Source of the DNA: Ostrea edulis
Lineage: Eukaryota
DNA length: 64,000 nucleotides
Direction: 5' to 3'
Assembly (NCBI RefSeq): GCF_947568905.1
Contig: NC_079170.1
Span: 53,506,001-53,570,000, forward strand
Made by a program: the position numbers and the translations under genes. The notes under the pieces were generated by a model. The model was not told the origin of the DNA and ran no database searches. It saw only the letters and a list, made by a program, of their open reading frames with translations. Shown here piece by piece: positions 52,001-62,900 of the stretch; the first letter of the stretch is position 1; every line of letters starts with the position of its first letter.

Positions 52001-54847
52001 CAAACCATGCCAAACAGAAAGTAAGACAACTAAATTAACATTATAGATGACATCACGGTACAGTAAGTAGTATCATATAATTTGTTTGAACAAAAAGTAG
52101 AGTTGGTTTATCGACTACAGCGTAAATCGTGGGGGTGGGGGGGGGGGGATATCACGATTGATACATCTTGATATTTTATGGAAACTTTAGTGAGTGGATG
52201 TTTTCAATTTATTTATTATTGAGCGCCAATGATAAACTCAAATAATTTAAGATATCTTTAATTATTTGATGATATCATCAGTTCCATTATTACACGCAGT
52301 AATTCAATTGATGCGCGCATCAACTCAGTTATTTCTCTCATTAATTCAATTTATGCGCGCATCAGTTCAATTGTTGCACGCATTAATTGAATTGATACAT
52401 GTCACAATTCAATTGAAAAGAACAATGATGAAATTATCGCGTGCATTAATTGAATAATTGCTCTCTTCCATTGAATTGTAGTGCGCATCGAGTAACAAGT
52501 CAATTATAGCGCGCATCCAATCAGCAGAATAATTAAATCTATCAACAATTCAATTAATAATTCAGAATTTTAAAGATATCATTAATTATTTGAAGATATC
52601 TTTAATCGACTTATTGCGCGCATCAATTGAATTGGTGATATCTTAAAATCATTAACCCTTTAACTACCAGGAATTTTCGAGTTTTCTTTCAAAGCTGATA
52701 AAAATATTTCAAATTGAAATTAAAGCATTTTCTAGTCATATTTTCATAATATAATCTATACATATTCTGAAAGGACGAATCTTGAAGATTTTAATAATGC
52801 ACTAAAATGTGGTGTAACGGTTGCCATGACAACAAAAATAGCCCACAAATCCCCAAAAATGTGCCTTTTCACCCTTTTCGTCACCTAAAACACACCTATT
52901 GAATGTTTATCAGCCATCATTTAAATAAATATTTGGATTAGTTGTATTCATATACATGTACAACATACATTCATGAAATTGAGTGTCATTTATTGTAAAT
53001 ATATGCATGTACATAAACATTGAAGTACAAGATGCGCATAAGTTACAGTAGACTACCTGTGATTATTTTAAAATTGTCCTTAAAACTTGATGGAGAAAAA
53101 ATTTAATGAAAATTTTAAAAAACATTCTCTACGCATATTTTTAGAATATAACTCATAATAATTTCAAAATGGAAAAAAAACAACTTTCCAATTATGTAGT
53201 GTACCGAATTTTTCAGTTACCATGGCAACTAACTGAGCCCATGAATCACGAAAATATGTTGTTGTTTTTTTTTTGGGGGGGGGGACATTTTCGTTGTTGA
53301 TTTTTCATCCCTTTCTTTACATAAAAATACAAATTGACCTGTAAACTACTACAGAAAGTTTTGAATTATGTAGTATGACCTGATGTTATGGTTGCCATGG
53401 CAACACAATAATCCATAAATCACTAAAATGATTTTTTCATCCTTTTTTCCCTTGAAATAAAAAAATTGTCCAATAAACTATCACAGTATTTACGTCATGT
53501 ACGTAATGATGTCATAAAAACTAGCAGTAGAAGTTCAAATCTAAGGTTTATAAACCTTCAATACATACAAACCATATACCTACAGAAATTAAATACCTTT
53601 ACTCTTCAAATTCTAATATAATATTGTTCAGCAGATATAAATGCGTCAACCTAAGGCGTTCAATATCGGTACTGACTGTTCTGCGTGTCTTGTATTTCCG
53701 TAAGATATCGACATTTTCTTTACATGAAATCGATGCATTGTATCCTCCTCCTCTTGCATTACATTGTTATATGTCTAAAATACAATTATAACATGTAACA
53801 GGTTAAATGTGTACAATTATAACATGTAACAGTTTAAATGTGTACAATTATAGCATGTAACAGTTTAAATGTGTACAATTATAGCATGTAACCGTTTAAA
53901 TGTGTACAATTATAACATGTAACCGTTTAAATGTGTACAATTATAGCATGTAACCGTTTAAATGTGTACAATTATAACATGTAACAGTTTAAATGTGTAC
54001 AATTATAACATGTAACAGTTTAAATGTGTACAATTATAGCATGTAACCGTTTAAATGTGTACAATTATAGCATGTAACCGTTTAAATGTGTACAATTATA
54101 GCATGTAACCGTTTAAATGTGTACAATTATAGCATGTAACAGTTTAAATGTGTACAATTGTAGCATGTAACAGTTTAAATGTGTACAATTGTAGCATGTA
54201 ACAGTTTAAATGTGTACAATTATAACATATAACCGTTTAAATGTGTACAATTATAGCATGTAACCGTTTAAATGTGTACAATTATAGCATGTAACCGTTT
54301 AAATGTGTACAATTATAGCATGTAACCGTTTAAATGTGTACAATTAAAACATGTAACCGTTTAAATGTGTACAATTATAGCATGTAACCTTTTAAATGTG
54401 TACAATTAAAACATGTAACCGTTTAAATGTGTACAATTATAGCATGTAACCGTTTAAATGTGTACAATTATAGCATGTAACAGTTTAAATGTATACAAAA
54501 TAAACTACGATTGAACTTTTTTCAGTTTACATTACATGCCATTGGTCCATTCGGACAGCAACATCAACTACGACTACCAGAAATCCACGAGTCAGTTTTC
54601 TTCAATACCCCGCCATTTTCCGCTAGGACCAGTCTCGTATGGCGGCACTCCTTCTGCAAGCAGTTTCTGGGATCAGATGGACGCCCAGCAGAGGACGAGG
54701 ATCCTGTCCCATCTTGTGTCCGAACAAGCAGAGCAGACATACTCCAGACCGAGCTGTCAGTACACCAGCGGACAGGCCCACAGTACAACACAGTTCCCAC
54801 CGCCCCACAATGTCGCCTCGGTAACCAACAATGGACTGGGATTTTGA
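46040..54847 (+). CDS. Divergent PRD-class homeobox protein (Q50), 4 coding exons, about 229 aa
   Basis: Exons 46040-46105, 47424-47525, 51821-52020, 54526-54847; phases 0, 0, 2. Homeodomain ATKPRTKYSPEQ|LELLESAFQESQYPDTETLENLAEKLDVNTDKVS|VWFQNRRSKFKRQS, with the PRD-class intron between residues 46 and 47; S/P/Q-rich tail. Confidence 0.9.
46947..47266. mobile_element. Kolobok-like non-autonomous element containing a tRNA-like segment
   Basis: ttaa|ggaggtactctaca ... tgtagcatatctcc|ttag; internal 47045-47119 has A-box-like tagctgagtag and B-box-like ggtttaagtcc. Confidence 0.5.
47527..51690 (+). repeat. 27-bp minisatellite (gacgtctatcaatataacaccgcgtct) filling homeobox intron 2, with interspersed copies of the exon end and donor
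   Basis: Starts immediately after the donor at 47526; blocks at 47527-50285 and 51289-51690, split by a TIR element; the source of all repetitive ORFs in this interval. Confidence 0.95.
50286..51288. mobile_element. IS3EU-like non-autonomous DNA transposon, copy 1
   Basis: TIR ttttgagcgccaaattaacataaactcaaataattgaa ... ttcaattatttgagtttatgttaatttggcgctccata; flanks cgtctg / tgtctg (6-bp TSD with 1 mismatch); AT-rich internal repeats. Confidence 0.7.
52217..52650. mobile_element. IS3EU-like element, copy 2 (truncated)
   Basis: tattgagcgccaatgataaactcaaataatt... with the same internal gcgcgcattaatt repeats; interrupted at ttaaccctttaactacc (possible piggyBac-like end). Confidence 0.6.
53781..54497. 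repeat. 31-bp minisatellite (tacaattatagcatgtaaccgtttaaatgtg), about 23 copies
   Basis: Direct tandem copies ending about 28 nt before the acceptor at 54525. Confidence 0.95.
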
Positions 54848-55283
54848 GTAATGGAACTGATGAAACACTGGTCAAATGAAGTGCGATTTTTTTGTGGGTG
54901 CCTTGGTTACTTCCATCCATAAGTACGGATGTATGATGAAAAATACTCCATTTTGTTGTTCGGAATGAATATAAAAACTTACGATACCTGTATATAGTTT
55001 CAATAACCTAGGCATGGAATATTACGTTCTTGTGCAAGCGGTTTTCATGCGTTTGGTATACATATGTCACATGTTCTTTTTGCATATAAACCAATGGTGC
55101 TATTATTTTATAAATACAATCTGTAGTGTTGCAGCATCTAGGACATGCATTAAATTGATGAACTGCATTGGATGTTTGTGTTTATTTCCTGCCAGTGTTG
55201 TTTATTCACTACTATATTGTAAGGTTTCCAAATGAATCAATCAAAAAGTTACAAGAATAAAACTGAATAAAATGACACTCGTG

Positions 55284-55798
55284 TATGGAACGCCAAATTA
55301 ACCGCGCATTAATTCAATTAATGAGAGCAATAATTGATTTGATGCCCACATCAATTCATTTGATGAGAGCAATAATTGATTTGATACGTGCATCAATTCA
55401 TTTGATGAGAGCAATAATTGATATGATGCACGCATTAAGTCCATTGATGAGAGCAATAATTGATGTGCGCTCCAATGCAATTATTGCTCTCATCAATTCA
55501 ATTGGTGCGAACATCAATGTAGTGGAATTATTGCTCGCATTAAATTTGGAGCTCGGTATAAATGATTTGACAATCTTTTAAATTCAATTGAAGATATCTT
55601 TAAATAATTCAATTATTTGTGCGCTACAATTCATTTGAAGAGAGCAACAATTATAACGATCATCAATTCAGCAGAATAATTAATGCCATCATCAATTCAA
55701 TTAATGCGCGCAATATTTCAGCGCGCATCAAATGAAATAATGATATCATCAAATAATTAAAGCTACTATTTTAGTTTATGTTAATTTGGCGCTCCATA
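55284..55798. mobile_element. IS3EU-like element, copy 3
   Basis: tatggaacgccaaattaac ... gttaatttggcgctccata; flanks ctcgtg / ctcgta (6-bp TSD with 1 mismatch). Confidence 0.75.
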
Positions 55799-56087
55799 CT
55801 CGTAAAGTCTACACCCAAGCCACCATTTTCAGTGGATCCGCCTAAAATTCCTGTTGGATCTGCACTTGCTTTATTGATACACATATATTCTACATGAGGT
55901 AACTATCATGCATATTTTCAAAGTTATGAACAATACACATCGCATATATAGCTGACATTTAAATGGAATGCATTACAAAGTTTACACACGAGTCATGTAG
56001 GGACGTGGACATACGGTTTTCCATTAAATACATGACAAGTATCGTTCGTTCTGGCTTGAGATTGCCATGCAATAGTCCACATATATT

Positions 56088-56220
56088 GGTAACCACTGTC
56101 CTCAGTTTGACACACATATTTGTGACCACTGACCCTGTCCTCAGATTGACACACATATTGGTGACCACTGACCCTGTTCTCAGATTGACACACATTGGTG
56201 ACCACTGACCCTGTTCTTGG
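56088..56220. repeat. About 39-bp minisatellite (gtgaccactgaccctgtcctcagattgacacacatattg), 3-4 copies
   Basis: Direct tandem copies, probably in the XPOT 3' UTR. Confidence 0.85.
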
Positions 56221-57301
56221 ATTGCCATGCACACTGTCCACCAGTTTGTTTAGTCCATAGTAAAACTGTATTTACATTCTTGTTCAACAAATGTTAAGAT
56301 TTCCTGTGCATTGTACTTCCCTGTAAAGTGTAGAGAGATAAAAAAAAAAAAAAAACCCACAAAATAAACAAAAAATAATTTGGGTATAGCACACCAAAAG
56401 TAAGACATTGAGGTGTAAAGAATATATAATACATACATGTACATTCTGCCTCAATGGAAGAACCCAAGTTGATAACAAACTCTCTAAACTGTTTCAAGCT
56501 TTATTGACCAGAAGAAAAAAATTCAATGATAACAATATCAATAGCAGTAACAACCCTATTTGTAACACATACAAATTAAAGAGAAAGTAACACAAAATGT
56601 ATATTGCTGGAAAGTAATCAGAAACATTTATGTAACCCTGAATGCACTGCTTTTATGCATATTGTAAAACTGAAAGAAAGAATCATGAAAAAAAAAAAAT
56701 CATGATTTGTTTGGTTTTTTTTAAAACAAATAAATCAAAATAAAACTGAATAAAATATTTTCAAGATTTCTTGAACAGTATATTTGATTAGAAAAGTGAC
56801 ATCTTTTTGTGTGATCCAAAATTATAAAATGTACCAACTCGCATCTCTCTTTCTCCCCTCTCATTAAATCTATTGCAAAATAAGACAATGGTCTAACCAA
56901 CATAATACTTAAACATTCACATATCAACACACAACACACAACAAGGGCACATAATCCAAACAGTCACACAGCATTATGACACATATGGGATGTAGCTTGG
57001 CTTTAAAACAGAAGATGAACATGATCATTTTTAAAATCAGTGTTGTATGAATGAACTATAATCACAACGGTATAACACCACTTTTCCCCCCCGATGAAAA
57101 TGATAAAACAATGAACAACTTCATTTTCATCACAGTGTATGTGGGGATTCACTGATGACTACAAAACAAGTCACCATTGGTTCAGTCCTCCAGTTCGCTT
57201 TGCAGAACACAGACATCTTTTTGGTGGCACCAAGCAGTTTGTATCGACGAGATGACTATTCCTTATCTACATTGATCTTCCTAACAGTCACCAACCATGT
57301 G

Positions 57302-59926
57302 TCATGACTTTGCCTTCAGGAAAAAATTCTGCAAGCAAGCATATTACTGTTTATAATTCTATAATAATGTAAAATTGTGATTGCTATGTAAATTTATTGA
57401 AAGATTTCCCTAGAGAGACTTCACACTAATATTAAAGCAAACCTGAATTACTTATGTTTAAGAGGGAAGCTACAGTACAATATTCAAGCTTCATTTCAGA
57501 TTAAATGATCTTCAAAGAATTGCAAATTAGGTTATGAGTGACTAACAGCTTTAGCAAAAAATTAGTGAGCACTTCAAGGTATCATGCACACATTTTAAAG
57601 AATTAAAGATATAAGACCTTGAATTTTACCTCTCAAGGTTGAAATTTTCGAGAGATTATGAGTTTAAGAATAAATTTATTTATAGATATAGGGAAAACCA
57701 TACGGACTGGGAGACTACTTCAAGAGATCGAGAACTTAAAAATATCGAAGTTCAAGTCATTAAGAGTCAACTGTATTTCACTGTCAACCTAACAATCTCT
57801 GTTGTCTCAATATACAAAATAAAACTTCATTTTCATTTTCAAAAAAAATCTATTGACTTTGGAGGTTATTATTCAACAATTTCCACCTACAAAGTCATTA
57901 TTTCTTAATTAATGAACTATATATATGCAAGCATCTGTAATTACATGGTTGTAACCTAATGAGATAAATATTTTCCTTTACTCGTTACTCACCTTTAGAT
58001 AAGTTCTAAAAGTTCTATAGTCGGTTTTTAAAGCTTCACAAAATTCCTGTAAATGCAAAAAACATCTTTCATGATTAAAAATGCTTGTACTTTAAATTCG
58101 AAAATCGTATACTGTAGATAACTAACATTTTTACTTCTATTTATGAGAATGTCATATCAAAATTGTCAACCCCTGCTCAACAACAGTCTTCAAATTCTGT
58201 AATTTAATGGTTACATTTGCATTATCATCTTCTAAAGACAGCAGATTTTTTTTATCTAATTCCATATTTAGTATAAAAGAAATCAGCCAATTTTGCTGAA
58301 GGTTGGGAGTTTCAAAATGCTTTGATCAACACTATGACCCTGCTGGTGGCTGATCCATTCAACAGTTAACATTGATCCACCACACAAAAATCTCCATCAC
58401 CCACAACTTGTAATCTATCAATGAAGTCAGCAATCCTTATCATCTAAATTAAATCTAGTCTCGGACTTTTTAGAGAGTATGAACATTACCTGAATGTTTT
58501 CAGCTGGTACATTTATTTAGAGAGTATGAACATTACCTGAATGTTTTCAGCTGGTACATTTAATACAGGCAGGTAATCTGTGGACAGGTAGGTCAAAAAC
58601 TCCTGGCCCTGTGACAATACAATCGGTAAAGACCTTTGTTATCTTAATGTAGAATAGTCTATACATGTACTTTCATTATTGTCACAAGAACATGAACTTT
58701 TTGTACTTTTCTTGATAATTATCATAATAGTGTAAAATGTGCCATTACTACTAACTTCCTCAAACTTACCCTTTTGTCAACCATACACTTCAGACAATGA
58801 GCACATTCTCCCAGAGCCTGCAAAAGACAAAATACTGAAAAGTCAGGTTTCAGATTATTTTAACAATCTTAAATATCTGAAAAATACAAACTGTTATTCC
58901 AAACATATACATGTGTGTGTACAGGGTTCCAACTTCGATTGAATACCTTAGGGGCCAAGTGGGCCCCTGAATAAGAAATCCTGTTAGCCCACATGGAATT
59001 TTAGTAGCCCACACATAACATGAAATTGAATAACATGGTTTTTTTTTTTAAAAGAAAAAGAAACATCAAGTCACATTGCAATTTATTTAAAAAATTAAAA
59101 TATCAATATTTAAATTCTGTTTCCTTCCCCGTAATTCTTTCAAATACCTCTCTCATTTCCACTCTCATTACGTCAACCTAGCAAAAATATCAGAGTTCAT
59201 GGACTTTTATGATCTTTGCTGCGTCTGACTTTAACTCACATTTCTTCAGACTTTTTATGTTATTTCAAAATTTCTCAGCTTTACGATGCTGTCAAGTTTA
59301 TAACTTGGGCAAGCTGTCACAACGATTGGACCTTTCGTGTCATGTTTTGTACACACAGCACGTCATCCCCTTTTCGCCGTCATCGAGCCATATTCTCCCC
59401 TTCTTTCCACTTTGGTTAAAAGCAGACGCTTTCTTTTCGTTTGAAGTAACCCTTGCGTTGTTCAACTTCGGGTTTAAATACATTTTGGAAGGTTTGATAC
59501 CCCAGGAATGTCTCGCCAAGTGGCAAAACCTCAACCGGAAATTGAACTTCAATTATAATAGGACTCGAATCGGTCGGAAAGAAAAATGTTGATCGGACAA
59601 TTATGGTCGCCAAGTGGGCGACGAGAACGGAAATTTTGGGTGCCCACAAGCAAAGTTTAGTCGCCAATGCGAGTGGGCGAGCGGTAATTTGGAACCCTGG
59701 TGTAAATATATACATATATATATATATATAATTATTATTATTTATAATTATTTAATAGTTACATGTATATGGATTCTTGGCAGAGTATATGGACTCATAC
59801 TCCCTGTCAAAGTTTATGGGAGAATATATACTTTGACAGGGAATGTAAGTCCATATACCCTGCCAAGAATCCATATAACAAATATGTCCTACAACAGAGC
59901 AATCAATGTAGAAATCGGACAATCAA

Positions 59927-59971
<45 letters not shown>

Positions 59972-62900
59972 TTCGGAAATTGAATTTTTTTTTTTTTTTT
60001 TTTTTTTTTACATTTTTGAACCAATTTAACAAACAACTTTTAAACAAGAACAATCATAATTTTTTTTTTTTTTTAACTTTCCATTCAATGTGAGAAAGTT
60101 ATTAATAATATATAGGCCTTTATCATATTACCCTAACCCAAACAGCTGCCTCAGAAGCTGTGACACAACCGCATGCAGCAAACTTGTTGATCGCCATTGT
60201 TTTGATTCATGGAGTTGCGCATCTATGTTTAAATTGTGAATTGTGCATCCCTGCAAGGATGGAACATTTGGTACTTGCTGCTGGATAAAAGGTCATCCAA
60301 ACTCGGGGAAAATATCATTGAAGTTTTTGCCATCGAGGTGCGAATTTTGTTCAGGCAAAATTGATGTGAAATTAGAGTTTGAGTTGATGGTGGCATGATA
60401 ACTGGCATTTCAATGGATTTTGGGAAGTGCTGATGTGTATTGTCTTGCAAAAATAGTGTTAAATTTAGTGTTCCTTTTTCACGGCTGGATAACCGTTGGT
60501 ACACAGATGGATTTGTGACCGGTAAACATCGTTGTCACGTCACAATTACATTTATCATTTAAATAAATGTAATTTTTGAGTTGGAAATTTAAATATTCTC
60601 CAACTACGTTATAGAGACAATGAAACAAAAGAAATCAAATCACCAATGAAGTCTGTCCATCGTTTAAATCAAAAGTTGGTTTCATCGGGCCAAGGAAGCA
60701 GGCTGGCAGGAAACTCTTGTACATAAAATCCACAAACCCCACCAATCCATTGTTGCCACCTAGGGATAGGAAAAAGGACTACTGTCAGTCTGCTCAAAAT
60801 CTAGTACACTTACAACTTAAACTATGACATTAATGTGCAGTATGATATACAGTACCCGCAATGTTATACTTGACATGATAAACGATAGAACACGATACAC
60901 GCACGATAGGATACACACACGATACGATAGGATACACGCACGATACGATAGGATACACGATAAACCTGATAACCGCAAAACCTGATAAACGATCTTCACG
61001 ATAGACCTGATAAACACAAAACACGATTCACGATAAACGGAAAACCTGATAGAAATGTTGTAAATTTGGACAGAACGAAATTTTTATCCCTACAACATAA
61101 TAACATTACGTTGATAATAATACTGAAGGATTTCAATATTCATCATACACCTAAAACGTACAATTTCTTTAATCCATGGTCGTACTTATTTTTCAAAAAA
61201 TTATTTTTAATTCAATTTTTTACGCCATCACTGCTAAAATCAGAAAACTAAACTATATACGGTTTTTAATTCATGATTTGATATCTATATGAATTGTTAC
61301 AGCCAATGATTCTAAAATTATAGTTAATATAAATTACACGGAATTAACTAAATGTAATATAATGTAGTGATATCATGCTTCAGTAGCTTTCTTATTCTAA
61401 TGTCTATTATCTTGAATGTGAAATAAAACCAAGTAACAGTTTTTGTGTAGCAACGAGGGGATTCTTTTGCATCAAGCTCTAAGTTCACCGGTCATTCAAC
61501 AATTACAATTAATTTCATCAAGACCGCTTTGAAAAAATCCACTGCACTACACCAAATCTTCATACATTAGATATTTCTACACTATGAGTGATAATTGATA
61601 GTCATAAGTAATTGGAACATATGTATTTGAATTGATATCTTAATAACAAAAAATAAATAAACTATGAAAAAATGAACAAAACCCGGCCTTTTTAAATTCA
61701 CAATTTTGAAACGCTTAAAGATTTTTGTGTTTAGTATGTAAAAAAAAATTCAAATAATCACCAAAACCGGCATCAATTTTCAGTATCTACCCGTACGACT
61801 ATTGGTACATGTATAAGTATACATGTACAAGTAAAAAAAAAAAACAACGATGACAGCCAATTCGTGCCCAGTTGAGCAGACTTATGGGAGATGCAACACC
61901 AATGCAACCTTTAAAAACTTAATCTTCTAAATGTGTGAAATACAATGACCCCGAGAATGTTTGCAGTCAAAACACGGGTGATACATGGATGCGCACAAGT
62001 TCAGTAGTTGGTATATAAATAGAATACAGGTGGAAAAAATCGAAAGAAAAAGAGTCTTTATTAAAATATATGTAATAAACAATGTAATTTACTGCTTTTT
62101 CCTTTCAAATCGGAACTTCCTATTTCTCTGTTAGTGTTAATTAAAAATAATTGTTTCTAGACAAACAAACGTTTATGAACTTCAGATGAAGGAGCTTTCA
62201 GATTTACTGTCTCCGGTTTGCTCGGCAAATCACTGCCTAATTTTCATACTACTTAGAATGAAATTGTGATTAATTTTCACCATCTCTGGACAGACATATA
62301 GTTCTTCTTCTGCCTTAAAATCGACAGCTTTATGTTCTCCTTCAATCATAGATTTAATATACAATCCCGATAGTTTCTGAAGCTACACGATAAACGATTT
62401 TCACAATAAATGGAAAACCTGATACACGCAAAACACGATACACAATAGACCTGATAAACGCAAAACACGATAGAAAACGGAAAACCTGATAAATGCAAAA
62501 CATGATACGATAGGATACACGCACGATACGATAGGATACACGCACGATACGATAGGATACACGAACGATAGAACACGATAGTAATGTCAAGAATAACGTT
62601 GCGGGTACTGTACATGTGCAGTACATGTAACTAGATGACTGTATCATTGGCCTTATGCCAGAAATACACAAATTCTGACTTTATGTTTACAAACTAAAAT
62701 AACAGAAAACTTTCAAAGATGTACTATACACCGGAGAGTAGAATTAGAGCCCAAGCAAACACATTAAACAATGCAGCCACTACTTACCTCACCACATGTC
62801 CTACCACAGCCCACAACATACCCCTCACATACCCTACTGAAGCCCACAACATTCCCCACTGCAGCCCACTATATACACCACTACAGTCCACTATATACCC

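Noticed and set aside
58300-58440. Trypsin-like WRFLCGGSMLTVEWI on the minus strand
   Set aside because: Preceded by a stop, no TAAHC in frame, lies in a short XPOT intron; treated as chance.
59929-60008. 41-nt poly-G followed by a poly-T run
   Set aside because: Homopolymer lengths are unreliable in assemblies; no further structure.
60100-60540. Possible Crypton/DUF3504 remnant (MFTGHKS ... LQGCTIHNLNI) on the minus strand
   Set aside because: Only two short motifs separated by stops; too weak without a profile search.
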